This document shows, piece after piece, positions 37,494-49,854 of a stretch of 64,000 nt of DNA. Origin of the DNA: Hemiscyllium ocellatum (taxonomy: Eukaryota). The notes beneath the pieces are model-generated. The model was not told the origin of the DNA, made no database searches, and worked only from the letters and a program-made list of their open reading frames with translations. The stretch spans positions 14,006,760 to 14,070,759 of the forward strand of contig NC_083409.1 of assembly GCF_020745735.1 (NCBI RefSeq), read 5' to 3'. A program made the position numbers and the translations under genes. Position 1 is the stretch's first letter, and every line of letters begins with the position of its first letter.

Positions 37494-39879
37494 CTGAAAG
37501 ACAAGAGAAACAATTTTAATCCCTGCCTTTTGAAGGTACATAGACTCTCTGAACATTAACTGCTAAAACGTTTGAACATTTGTACCCAGTACCTAGCAGA
37601 CCTGACAAAGCACTGGCATTTTAAACATTGCTTTTTAGGACGTGTATGGCACTGGCAGAGCCAGTCGCTGCCCATCCCTAACTGTCTCTGAGAAGGTGAT
37701 GGTGACGCAGCAGAAAGATAAGGGACAGTCCGTGACCACCATTTGAGGAATGAATGTGGGCAGCTGGAAGGGCTATCAATGTGGGAGCATTTTAGTGACA
37801 GTGATCGGAACTCAGTGAGATTGAGAATAGGGATGGAAATGGAGAACCGTGGAGCAAGTGTAAAAGTTTTGATTTGGGAACAATCCATTTTACCAAACTG
37901 TGTGGTAATTTGATAAAAGAGCACTGGAACCATCGCCTTGATGGGAGATCAGTGACAGGGCAGTGGGAGGTCTCCAAGGATGAGACAGGCACAGAGATCA
38001 TTCAGAATCTTTTCCCAAAAGAGTAAGAGTGACACTCCCAAAGAGAGAGTCTCGGCAAAGATGTGAAACTATCGATATGATGTGGAGGCTCTGGTGTCCA
38101 ACTGGGGTGGACATGTTCAGGAGTCACATGACACCAGGTTCCAGTCCAACAGGTTTATTTAAAATCACGAGCTTGTGAGACGCTGCTCCATCTTCAGGTG
38201 AAGTGACTTCAGTGCTGAAGGAACAGAGCTCTGAAAGCTTGTGATTTGAAATTAGTCTGTTGGACTATAACTTGGTGTCGTGTGACTTCTGACCTCAAAT
38301 GAAGCCCCGTTAGAGCACAATGAGAGAACTGTGTGCAGTTCTGGTCACCATATTGCAGGAAGGATGTGATCCCCCGAGAGATGGGGACAGTGGAGGATTT
38401 TGTCAGGAATGAGGAGTATTAGCTTTGAGGAATGATTGGTTTGGCTGGGACTGGTTTCTTTGGAACACAGGAGGCTGAGGGGAGAGTTGATCGATGGTGT
38501 GTAAAATGATGAGGGGTCTGGATAGAGTGGGTAGGAAGAACTGATTTCCATCAGCACAGAGGGCAATAACCATGGAGAGAGATGGAAATGAATTGGGGGC
38601 AGGGTTCGAGGGGAGTTGAGGAGTAATTGTTTCACCCAGTGGCTGGTGGGGTCAGGACCTCACTAGCTGAAAGGGTGAGAGCGGCAGAAACCCTCATCAC
38701 ATTGAAAAAAACACCTGGATATTCACTTGAAACACCAAAGCCTCCAGAGCTATGGAGCAAGAGCTGGTATGTGGGGTGGAGTTCGACACCTCTTTAACAA
38801 ACCTCCGATCACTCACAGCTCGGGAGAACTTTATCCAACAACATTGGAGCAGAGTTGGATCAGCACACTTCAGGAAGGAGTCACGTTGGGTGTCCATGTA
38901 GAAGGTTCCAGATTTTGTTTCAAGTCTTCCAGCTCAGCACTGGGGTAAGGTCAAATGTGAGGGTGCAAAGAGTCTCAGTGTCCTGGGATCAGACAGTGAC
39001 ACTGCTCTTAATGATCCCATGTTCCCTGGAAGATGGAAGCGTGCATCCAACGGGCAAGGGTCATGTTCTGGAGACTCCAACCTCAAAGAAAGACTTGCAT
39101 TTATGTTGCACCTGCCTCCACCTAAGGATGTTGCAGTGGCTCTTTCCATCAGACTGTGCTCAGCAAGATCCCAGAGAGCTGGGTGACAATGAGGCGAGGA
39201 TCAGATTTTTAGTGATGCTAATTAGGGAATCAATATTGACCAGGACACCAGGAGACACCGTCCTGCTGTCTGTCTAGGAGAGCCACGGAATGGCATCTCT
39301 GATATCTGAAAGGTTCCCAGTGCATCAAAAGAGAGACTTGTATGTCAGGCTCTCCCAAAGCATTTACAGAGAGTCAGGGACTTGTCTGGACACTGGTTAG
39401 TGTTGTAATGCAGAAAACACAATTTGCACACAGCAATATCGCACAAAAATAAATGAGATTATGAAGCATGTTCAGTGATATTTCAGGGATAAATATTGAC
39501 CTGAAGTCAACCCAAAGAGAAAGCAAATGGGTTCAGTTGCACAAAACGTGAGAAAATGAAAGGCACAGGCGAAGGTGGGAGTCGTGGTTAGTGATGGGTT
39601 TGATTGTTACCAGAAAATAAAAGGAAGGATCAGAATTTGTGAATGTCATATTGTAACAAGGCAATACAGACAGTAGAAATAACCTAAAATCTTTTTATGA
39701 TAGCGCATTCGGAATAAGGTAGACAGAGTGATGCCACAAATTGAGGTTCCCAAGGACTTTAAAATCATTAAAGTGACGCAGGGTTCAGGAGAGGTTAGTA
39801 AAGTTCCCAAAACAATTAATAGGACATAGATTATGGAAAGGGTCAGAAAATTAATTTTAGGCACAGTGCATAAGGGGAC

Positions 39880-41090
39880 AACTATGAAAAGGAGGACAGT
39901 CAGTGCAGGACTGAGGGTGTTGTACCTGAATGCAGGGCGTATCCGAAATGAGGTAAATGAGCTTGTAACACAGATTGGAATTGGCAGGTACGATGTTTTG
40001 AGTATCACAGAGACCTGGCTGTAAGGGGTTGAGGGCTGGGAATGAAATACTCAAGGATGCACATCCGATTGACAGGACATGCTGATGGGCAGATGGGGGT
40101 GGGGTTACCTTCTTGGTAAGAAATGAAATGAGATCAATCACAAGAAGGGATTTAGAGTTGGAATGCATTTAATCTGTGTGGGTAGAGTTGAGGAGTTGCA
40201 AGGGAGAAAGAGCATGATGAGAACTTAGCACAGGACCCCCCAGCAGCAGTCAGGATATGAGGAAGAAAATAAATCAGGAGATAGAGAAGGCCCTGCTACA
40301 ATAGTCATGAGGGACTTCAATATGCAGGGAGACTGGAAAATTAAATTGTTTGGGGATCTCATGGGTAGGAATTAATGGAATGTTTACAACATGGTTTTTA
40401 GAGCAGCTTGTGGTAGAGATCACTATGGAACAGGCAATTCTGGATTGGGTGATGTGTACTGAAGCAGACCTGATTAGGGAACTTAGGGTGAAGGAATCCC
40501 TTGGGGGTATTGACCGTAATATGACAGAATTCACCCTGCAGTTTGTGACAGGGAATCTGGAGTCAGTTGTACCGGTAATGCAATTAACTTAAGGTAACTA
40601 CAAAGACATGAGGGAGGAGCTGGCCAGAGTTGGTAAGAAAGGAAGCTGAGCATAAGAGAGAATGGAGCAGCAATGGCAGGAGTTTCTGGGGGTAATTTGG
40701 GAGGCAGAGCAGGAAGTTAACCCAAGGAAGAAGAAAGGTACTGAGTGGAGGCCAAGGCAACCATGGCTGATGAGGGAAGTCAGGGTCAGCATAAAAGCAA
40801 AAGAAAAAACAGGCAATGTGGTGAAGATTATTGGGAAGCCGGAGGATTGGGAAGCCTTTAATAAACAGCAGAGAGTAACTAAAAAAAAGTAAGGGTGGGT
40901 GTGTAAATAAAATATAATGGTCAGCGAGTTAGTAACATAAAAGAATATTGCAAGAGGTTTTCTTTAGATATATGAAAGGCAAGAGGGAGTCAATAATAGA
41001 AATTGTACCACTGGAAAAGGCAGAAGTAGTAATGGGGAACAAAGAAATGGTGGAAAAACTGCATCGGTGCCTTAAATCAGCTTTCACAGT
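39880..41090 (+). mobile_element. Degenerate CR1 ORF2 N-terminal (endonuclease) fragment in J-C intron
   Basis: LRVLYLNAGRIRNEVNEL...YDVLSITETWL; later EQAILDWVMC and QQWQEF motifs. Confidence 0.85.
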
Positions 41091-41092
41091 AG

Positions 41093-41707
41093 TGTGGCAA
41101 TGCTGCTCATTTCACAAGTTTGAGTTGTCCTTGGATTTTTTTTCAAGAGGGGTTGTAAAGGCAGAGGTTCCAATTTGTCTGGGTTAGGGACTTTGCTCAT
41201 GGCTAACAGATACTGCCTAAGGCAACAGTCAGGGAAAAGGCTTTTAGGTTTTATATTAAACACTTGTCCAATAAAAGGAGAATGGCCAGTTCTTCCAGTT
41301 TGCTGTTTTTGACAAACAGTCGGTTGGAAGCTCCTGGATAAAGAAAGCTGCTGGTGAGAAAGGTTCCCCAATTCAACATTTTCCAGTGGACTCACTTTCT
41401 GAAATTCCTCTCCTGTAAGAACCCCTGTGTTTATATTTACCTTTTTGCCAAGGCTATTACAGCAAATTGGAACAACTCTTTGTCAAGTTACATTTTTTCA
41501 AATAGTTGGGTTTTCAAATAGTTAAGTTATTCTAAATTCTGTTTTCTTTTGATTGTAAATAAATACTCTTTTCCTTCAAGCTGAGTGGTTTGGCCAGTTG
41601 TATCATTCCTGGAATATCCAGGTTACATTTGCTGAACACAATTCGAAAAGGTAAGGTCTGGGCTGCATTCTTAAAATGTTTTGAAGGGTCTGGCCTGGTC
41701 CATAACA
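41093..41707 (-). mobile_element. Possible solo LTR
   Basis: TG...CA termini (minus strand TGTTATGGACC...GCCACA), ~615 bp, cuts off a CR1; no TSD found. Confidence 0.3.
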
Positions 41708-43435
41708 ATGTCACAGAGTCCTACAGCATGGAGACAGGCCATTTGGACCAAACTGGTCCATTTACGCTAATCCTACACTTGGCCCATATCCTTCTGAATC
41801 CTTTCCTTTGCTGTATTTGTCCAAATGCCTTTTAAATGTTATTAATGTACCCACCTCAACCACTTCCACTGGCAGCTCATTCCATATGCGAACAATCCTA
41901 TGTGTAAAAAGGTTGCCCCTCAGGTTCCCTTTTTTTCTTTCCCCTCTAACCTTAAACTGATGCGCTCTAGCTCATATTCACAAACCTTGGGGAAAAGAAC
42001 GAGTGAATTCACCCTATCCATGCCTCTCATAATCTTATGAGGTCCTCCCTCAGTCTCCTACACTCTAAAGAAAAAAGTACTCTCCCTTTAACCCAAACGA
42101 TTGAATCCTGGCAAATTTCTTCTGCACTCTTTCCAGTTTAATAACATCCTTCCTGGAACAAGGTGACCAAAACTGAACACAATATTCCAAGTGTGGCTTC
42201 ACCAGTGTCCTGTATAACTGCAACATAACTTCCCAACATCTGTAGTCAATGCCCTGACTGATGAAGCTCTCTTCTCTGCTCTATTTACTGTGACTCCATT
42301 TTCAGAGAACTGCTTATCTGAATTCTAAGGACCCTCTGTTCCACTATATTCCTTAAGGTCCTATCATTCACCATGAAACTCCTACCTTGCTTTAAATTTC
42401 CAAAATACAAGACCTCACATTTATCTGTATTAAACTCTATTTGTCATTTCTCGGCCCACTTCCCCAGCTGAGCAAGGTCCTGCTGCAATTTCTGATAACT
42501 GTCCGCACTGTCCACGATGCTGCTTAGATTAGACTTACAGTGTGGAAACAGGCCCTTCGGCCCAACAAGTCCACACCGACCCGCCGAAGCGCAACCCACC
42601 CATACCCCTACATTTACCCCTTACCTAACACTACGGGCAATTTAGCTTGGCCAATTCACCTGACCCGCACATCTTTGGATTGTGGGAGGAAACCGGAGCA
42701 CCCGGTGGAAACCCACGCAGACACGGGGAGAACGTGCAAACTCCACACAGTCAGTCGCCTGAGTCGGGAATTGAACCCGGGTCTACAGGCGCTGTGAGGC
42801 AGCAGTGCTAACCACTGTGCCACCGTGCCGCCCATAAATTATTTGAGTGTCATCAGCAAACTCACTAACCATGCCTTGTACATTCTCATCCAAAACATTG
42901 TTATAGATAACAAACAGCAATGGGCTCAGCACTGACCACTGAGGCACTCCACTAGTCACAGGCCTCCAGTACAATAAGGATACTTCCCCTATTACCCTGT
43001 GCTTTCTACCATCAAGCCAATCGTGTATTCAATTTGCCAGGTCACCTTGGATTCCATGCAATCTAACCTTCCATAACAGCCTGCCATGTGGAACCTTATC
43101 AAAGGCCTCACTGAAACCCATATAGACCACGTCTACCATCCTGCCCTCATAACCTTCCTGGTCAATTCATCAAAGTAACTTAACAGATTTGTGAGGCATA
43201 TTCTCCCACTCACAAAGTCATGCTGACAACTCCTAATCAAATCCACTCTTTCCAAATGCATGTGTATCTTATCTTATCAAACAACCTACCCACCACAAAT
43301 GTTAAGCTTATAATTCCCAGGCTTTTGTTTTTCAGCCCTTTTTGAACAATGGCACAGTCTTCGCTATCCTCCAGTCTTCTGGCACCTCACCTGTGGCTAA
43401 CCATGATGCTTGAATATCAGCCAGTACACCTGACC
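41708..43435 (-). mobile_element. CR1 fragment interrupted by a SINE
   Basis: GVPQWSVLSPLLFVIY...FADD on the minus strand; CR1 tail near 41710. Confidence 0.85.
42524..42833 (-). mobile_element. tRNA-derived SINE (HE1-like), young
   Basis: Near-identical to 15768-16088 in reverse. Confidence 0.92.
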
Positions 43436-43454
43436 TTCAAGAGAGTTGGGAGCA

Positions 43455-45070
43455 GAAGTGAGTGGAAAGGGCATCACTAAGGTGGAGGGGTTGAGGCAGC
43501 TGAAAGGTCTGAAGGTGGATAAATCATTCAGACCCGATGGACTACACTCCAGAGTTCTGATGGAGATAGCTAAGGTAATTGTAGGGCCATTGGCTGTGAT
43601 CTTTCAGAAATCACTGGAGTCAGGAGTGGTCCCAGAAGACTGGAAAATAGTGAATGTAACATCCCTGTTTAAGAAAGGAGGGAGGCAGAGATGGGACATT
43701 ATAAGCTGGTTAGCCTGACCTCGGTCATTGGTAAGATTTTAGAGGTCTACCTAAGGGTGAGATTGCAGGTATTTGGAATCTCACCCTTAAGTCTGGTAAA
43801 ATTGCAGCCTGGTAAAATTGGGCTGAGTCAGCACAGCTTCATCAAAGGGAGGCATGCCTGATAAATCTGTTAGAAATCTTTGAGGAGGTAACAAGTGAGT
43901 TAGACAAAGGAGAGCCAGTGGATGTGATCCATTTGGATTTCCACCAGGCCTTTGACAGGGTACAATAAAGGAGACTGCTAAGTCAAATCAGAGCCCATGC
44001 TGTCAGGAGCAAGGCACTGCGAAGTGTAGAGGATTGGCTGGCCGGCACAAAGGCGAGAGTAGGGACAAAGGGATTTTTTTCTGGATGGCTGGTGGTGCTT
44101 TGTGGCGATCTGCAGGGATCTGTGTTGGGACCACAACTATTCATATTATCCATTAACAATCTGGATAAGGAACTGAAGATATTGTTCATATGTTTATAGA
44201 TGACACAAAAATTGGTGAAAGGACAAGTGGAGTTGAGGAAGTGGGGGAGATTGCAGAAGGACTTGGTCAGGCTGAGAGAATGTGCAAAGAAGTGGCAGGT
44301 GGAGTACAATGCGGGGACTTGTGAGGCTAGATACTTTGGTGGGAAGAATAGAGACACAGACTGTTTTCTGAGTGAGGAAAGATTTCAGAAATCTGAAGCA
44401 CGAAGAGAATTGGGAGTCCTTGCTCAGGTTTCTCTGAAGGTTAACGTGCAGGTTCACCATTGGCTGTTTGAAAGGCAGTTACAGTGTTAGCATTAACTTT
44501 AACGTCAGAGGTGTACTGCTGAGTTTGTATAAGTCTGTAATCAGACCACATTTGGAATTTTGGTCTCCTTATTAAGGAAGGATGTGCTGTCATTGGAGAG
44601 GGTCCAGAGGAAAAAGTGAGAAAGAATAAGAATGATCCTGGGAATGAAGGGGGTGTCATATAAAGAGCGGTTGAGGATTCTGGATCTGTATGCAATTGAG
44701 TTTAGAAAGATGATGGGGGAATCTTATTGAAACTACAGAATATTGAGAGGCCTGGAGAACATGGAGAAGGTGTTTCCACGAATAGAAGAATCTCGGGCCC
44801 GAAGGCAAAGCCTCAGAGTGAAGAATGATCCGTCAGAACTGAGATAAGGAGGCATTTCTTCAGCCACAGGGTGGTGAATCTGTGGAACTCATTGTCACAG
44901 AGGTCTATGGATGCCAAGATGTTGAGAATATTTAAAACAGAGACAGATAGGTTCTTGGTCAGTAAGGAGATCAAATGTTAAAAGGAGAATGGGGTTGAGA
45001 AACACATCACACAAGGTCAAATGGCAGAGCAGACTCTCTTCTGACTGGCCCAATTCTGCTCCTATATCTT
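43455..45070 (+). mobile_element. Degenerate CR1 RT-3' fragment
   Basis: KVDKSFRPDGLHSRVL, VPEDWKIVNV and WQVEYN motifs. Confidence 0.85.
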
Positions 45071-45120
45071 AAGTATTTTGGGTTTATGTCGAGGTTCCTT
45101 GAAACCCTGGAAAACTGGAA

Positions 45121-45465
45121 GTACGGTCACTTAGTGGTTAGCCCTGCTACCTCACAGCGCTATGGACCCAGGTTTGATTCTAGCCTCGGGCGTCTGTCTG
45201 TGTGGAGTTTGCATGTTCTCCCTGTGTCTGCGTGGGTTTCCTCCAGGTGCTCTGGTTTCCTCCCACAGTCCAAAGCTGTGCAGGTTCGGTGAATTGGCCA
45301 TGCTAAATTGCCCATAGTGCAGGTTAGGTACATTAGTCAGGAGTAAATGTAGGTTAAAAAGGTAGGGGAATGGGTCTGGGTGGGTTATTGTTCGGAGGGT
45401 CAGCGTGGACTTGATGGACCAAATGGCCTGTTTCCATACTGTAGGAATTCTGTGATTCTATGGAC
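45121..45465 (+). mobile_element. Older tRNA-derived SINE
   Basis: Diverged HE1-like head and body, CTGTAGGAATTCTGTGATTCTATG tail. Confidence 0.8.
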
Positions 45466-45599
45466 ATTGAAAGTACTGGTTTGTGAGCCCTGCTGTTGCT
45501 GTTTCTCAAAAGAACTTTGACAAAAGATAATCAGGGAGTGGTGAGAGTTGCATCAGGTTGCATGAGGAAACTGCTTGTCCTGCTTCCTGGAATACCATG

Positions 45600-47235
45600 A
45601 GCACAGGAAGTGTGGTCAGTGACAGCAGTTGGAACTCCGGGTTTCGGAGCTTGAGCAGCAGCTGGTGTCAGTGAGGAGCGTCCGTGAGGCTGAGAGCTCC
45701 GTAGAGAGCACGTTTCTAGATGTGATCACTCTGCAGCTTCAGAGTATGCAGGGAGAGAGGGAATGGGGGAGCAGCAGACAGTCCAAAAGGACCAGGCAGC
45801 TAGTACAGGAATCCCATGAGTGTATCTCACTCTCCAACCAGGATTCAGTTCAGAATCCTGATCAGAATGATGGTTCATCTGGGGCGTGCAGCCAGAGCCA
45901 AGTCCATGGCACCATGGGGGGCTCAGCTGTATAGGGGGGCACAAGGAAGACTGGAAGAGTGAGAGTGAGAGGAGATTCGAGAGTGAGGGCATCGATAGGT
46001 GTTTCTGCAGCTGCAGATGGGAATCCAGGATGGTGTGTTATCTCCCTGGTGCCAAGGTGAAGGATGTCACTGAGCTGCTGCAGAGCACCCTGAGGGGAGA
46101 GGGGGAACAGGCAGCAGTCATGGTCCACATCGGTCCCAGTGACAGCGGGAGAAAAGGGATGTGGTCCTCCAGTCAGAATTTAGGGAGTTCCAGAGGGAAT
46201 TAGCAGCAGGAGCTCAAAAGTAGGAATTTCCAAGATTACCCCCAGTGCCCCACACAACTGAGAATAGAAAGAGGAGGATAGCACAGGTGACTGTGGAACT
46301 GAAAAGACAGTCCAGGAGGAAGGTATTTCGATTATTTTAACATTGGGACTGGCTTTGGGGGGAGATGGACATGTACAGACCAGACGGGTTGCTCCTGAAC
46401 AGACCTGGGACTGAGTTCCTTTGGGGTGATTTACTCGTGCTGTTGGAGAGGGTTTAAACTATCTTGGCCTGTGGGATCCAGGAGGGAATACCAGAGAGGA
46501 ACACAGAGGTGCACAGAATCCTGGGAGAGATAGATAGCACCAGAATAAGGAATAGAACTTCTTACCCAGTTTCAGAGTGAGGGAGAGAGAGTAATAAATT
46601 CTAAATCAGGGTAACTGTGTAAGGATGGGACTGCACGGAGTGTTGGGAATAAGACTGGGAAGGTACAGCCACAGAGTGTTAAGTGGAAATCTGATGTGTG
46701 TCTCTCACATAGGAAGATAAGATAATAAGAACATTAGAAATAGGAGCAGGAGTGGGCTATCTGACCCATCGAGGATGAGGAACGTGAGTTATGAAGATAG
46801 ACTGAAGACATTGGGACTGTTTTCCTCAGAGAAGAGAAGGCAGAGAGGAGATTTGATCGAGAAATTCAAAATCAGGAGGGGTCTGAACAGAGTAAACCAG
46901 GAGAAAATGTTCCCACCTGAGAAAGAATTGAGAGGGAGAGGCCATGGATTGAAAATAATTGGTAAAAGAGGCGAAAGTGAGATGGGGGAAAAACATTTTC
47001 AGCCAGTGGGTGGTTAAGGTGTGGAATGCACTGCCTGAGAGTGTGGTGGAGGCAGCTTCAATTAAAACATTCCGAAGGGAATGAGACTGTTATTCAAAAA
47101 GGAACAATGTGCAGGGTGACAGGGAGAAGGCAGCAGAATGACACTCAGTGAATTGCTCATTCAGAGAGCCGGTCCAGACAGGATGAGTTGAATGGCCTCC
47201 TTGTGCACTGAAACGATTCTGTGATTGTGTGATTG
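45600..47235 (+). mobile_element. CR1 ORF1 remnant plus CR1 3' fragment
   Basis: ELRVSELEQQL coiled coil and RMVCYLPGAKVKDV...VMVHIG esterase-like ORF1; 46775-47235 ORF2 C-terminus. Confidence 0.75.
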
Positions 47236-47279
47236 AGCAGAGTTAAAGCTGGGGGAGGTGGGAGCTCGGTGTCTCACTG

Positions 47280-47281
<2 letters not shown>

Positions 47282-47317
<36 letters not shown>
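47282..47317. repeat. (CTG)12 trinucleotide repeat
   Basis: Read directly; ~370 bp into the J-C intron. Confidence 0.95.
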
Positions 47318-47687
47318 AGGTCAGTGAGATCAGAGACTGGGACAGGGAGCCAGAGCTCACATCAAACTCTGCCCCGTGTCCGTCACACTGAGACTGGCAG
47401 GAGGCTACTCACTGATTTCACTCCATGCTGCAGGAATGGGACCACAGGCTGCAAATGGACAGAGCTCCTCCACACGGTGAGTAAAACTTACTGACTTATA
47501 TCTTGCTGCTTAAGCAGGGCAATAGGACGACAGAAATACAGCTGGACACCCTGTTAGACACAGTGCTCCTCATTCAACCATTTCATTCACTGCAGCTCCC
47601 CACTAACACCTGCATCAATTCAGCATTTGTGATTTAGAAAGTTTCAGTATTGAAAGGGTTAATAACGGAGGATTGAGGTTTACTTAC

Positions 47688-47722
47688 TCAGTCTGAGCTT
47701 GGTTCCTTTACCGAACGTAAGC
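47688..47722 (-). CDS. IGKJ: Ig kappa J segment
   Basis: G CTT ACG TTC GGT AAA GGA ACC AAG CTC AGA CTG A = LTFGKGTKLRL (FGxG motif), followed by donor A|GTAAGT. Confidence 0.97.
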
Positions 47723-47761
47723 CACAGTGAGAGCTCCCAGTGTAGAGGCTGTACAAAAACC
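47723..47761 (+). other. J recombination signal sequence, 23-bp spacer
   Basis: Plus strand CACAGTG-AGAGCTCCCAGTGTAGAGGCTGT-ACAAAAACC; exact consensus; faces the V 12-RSS (kappa-type 12/23, deletional joining). Confidence 0.98.
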
Positions 47762-48169
47762 TCAGCTCTCTGCTTCCCTCTGTCACTCTCACCCTCTCCC
47801 TATTTCCCAGTCTGTCGGTCACTCTCACCCTCTTTTTGCCCCTATCAGTCTCTCCCTCATTCATGTGTCTTTCTGTCTCTGCCTCTGGGTTGTGAACTTC
47901 ATTTTTTGTTGTTAAATCTTGCAGCTGTTCTTCACATGTGGCCATGCAGTGGAAGGGGGAAACTTGAGGCCTTCAGTGAGCGTTGAGACACCACAGGGAC
48001 TGGAGTGTGTCGTGGGCAGTGACAATCCCAGCATGGGGTAATTTGATCAGTTTCATTTAGATCTAACTGTGGGATATGACAGTTCAGGCGGTGGGACTGT
48101 GTGTCCATTATTATGCATTTTATATAACCGTGGATGTGTCAGTACAGGAGGTGATTCTGTGTGCTTTGA

Positions 48170-48197
48170 GGTTTTTGTATGGCTCTGTGTCACTGTG
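48170..48197 (-). other. V recombination signal sequence, 12-bp spacer
   Basis: Minus strand CACAGTG-ACACAGAGCCAT-ACAAAAACC; exact consensus heptamer and nonamer. Confidence 0.98.
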
Positions 48198-48496
48198 TCG
48201 AGGGTAGCTGTAATCCTGCATACAGTAATAGTCAGCGACATCCTCATTCTGAACGTTGCTGATTTTCAGGGTGAAACTGGTCCCTGATCCACTGCCGGTG
48301 AATCGATCGGAGACTCCTGTGAATCGATTTGTTGCAGCATAGATCAGGAGAGAGGGTTTCTGACCTTCTCGCTGCTGGTACCAGGAAAGCTCATTGCTAA
48401 CAGATTGACTGGCCGTACAGGTGAGTGTTGCGGTCTGGCCCAGTCCCACTGACAGCACCGGGGGAGACTGAGTCATGATGATGTCCCCACTGATAC
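48198..48496 (-). CDS. IGKV: Ig kappa V exon (leader part 2 + V region), germline, in frame
   Basis: Acceptor CCCTCAG|GT; [27 protein letters not shown]...[15 protein letters not shown]...[15 protein letters not shown]; conserved Cys, Trp and YYC; no stops; abuts the RSS. Confidence 0.97.
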
Positions 48497-48682
48497 CTGA
48501 GGGATCAGAGAGAAACACAGTGAAGTCAGAACTGTCACAGAAAGAGCCGGTCAAATGAGAGATTGTTGGAGACACTGAGCATTCCTCTGGTTTCAGCATT
48601 TTCCCTTCAATCACAAGTCAGTGGAATTGGAGTGAAATGGAGAGCAACTAAAGATTCAAGGCGGAAGGAGAGAGATTTGTAC

Positions 48683-48731
48683 CTGCGACACAGAATGCCA
48701 GGGGCCAGATCAGCTGGATGTGTGAAATCAT
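48683..48731 (-). CDS. IGKV: Ig kappa (NS4-type) V leader exon 1
   Basis: ATG at 48731 reads MISHIQLIWPLAFCVA-G (hydrophobic signal peptide) and ends at a phase-1 donor G|GTACAA; a 186-bp intron follows. Confidence 0.95.
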
Positions 48732-48791
48732 GGTGTGTGCTCCTGTCCCTGTGCCTGGTTCCTGATAAACTCTCCCTTCACTGGGCTCTGC

Positions 48792-48871
48792 TTTATAAAG
48801 CTGCAGCCTGTGAGAGTCTGACTGGGTGTTCCTCAGTATGTAAATGGCATCAGGTAGAGAGAGCCACGTCA
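48792..48871 (-). promoter_or_regulatory. V kappa promoter: TATA, variant octamer, CRE-like site
   Basis: TTTATAAA 48792-48799 (~60 bp from ATG); ATTTACAT 48838-48845 (one mismatch to ATTTGCAT, light-chain orientation); TGACGTGG 48864-48871. Confidence 0.7.
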
Positions 48872-49854
48872 GCCCCTCACACTTCCACTTCTCTCTCTCT
48901 CTTTGTCTCAGAGAGTGATTGATGTGAACAGCACTGAATGAGGCCATTTGTCCTATTGTATCTGTGCTGGTAAACAAAGATGTGATGACACTAATCCCAT
49001 CCTCCAGCTCATGGCCCATTACCCTGGGGGCTATAGCAACACAAGGGAATATCTAAACACTGCTCCAATGTCACGAGAATTTGTGACTCAACCAGCCTTT
49101 TAGGCAGTGAGTTCCAGACTCCCACCACCCTCTGGGTGAAAACATTTCTCCTCAATTCTCCTCTCACTCTGCAACTCAACTGGGCCTGGATTCACTCGAG
49201 TTTAGAAGGATGATAGGGGATCTGATTGAAACACATAAAATTGTAACAGGGCTGGGCAGGGAGGAGGTTTCCCCTGGTTGGAGAATCTGGAACCAGGGGA
49301 CACAGGCTCAGGGGGATACAGGGTAGACCATTTAGGACTGAGATGAGGAAACATTTCTTCACTCAGAGAATGGTCAACCTGATGAATTCTCTACCACAAA
49401 GGCTGTGGAGGACAAGGAACTGAATATATTCAAGAAAAAAAAGAGTTGTTTTGTGTTTTAACAGCATGAAGGAAATAGGGAGAAAGCAGCAGCACAGCAT
49501 TGAGAGAGAGGATCAGCCATGATCATACTGAATGACACACAAGATTCAAAGGGCCGAATGGCCTGCTCCTGCTCCAAGTTTCAATGTGTCCATGTCTGTG
49601 TTACCTTCAATCTCTGTCCCTGGTTATTGAGTCCTTTACTCTTGTATAAAGTGCCTTCCTATGCAACATATCACTGCCTTATCTTATACCTCTCTATCAG
49701 GTCCCTCTCAACCTTCAATGCTCCAAGGAAAACAGCCCCAACCTTTCCAATCTTTCCTCATAGCTGACCCTTCATCCCAGGCAGCATCCTGGGAAATCTC
49801 CTCTGCCCCCTCTCAAGTACAATCACATCCTTCCCAGAATGTGGTGATCAGGAC

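Noticed and set aside
47250-47281. TGGGAGCTC...CTCACTGTG resembling the J RSS spacer/heptamer in inverted orientation
   Set aside because: No nonamer and no J coding sequence; similarity is too short to call a relic J.
47258-47494. Plus-strand ORF resembling a poly-Leu signal peptide, ending near a GTGAGT donor
   Set aside because: GTG start, the Leu run is just (CTG)12, it is antisense to the Ig intron, and no downstream exon is evident.
37494-47687. Additional J segments in the J-C intron
   Set aside because: No second FGxG segment with an RSS was seen.
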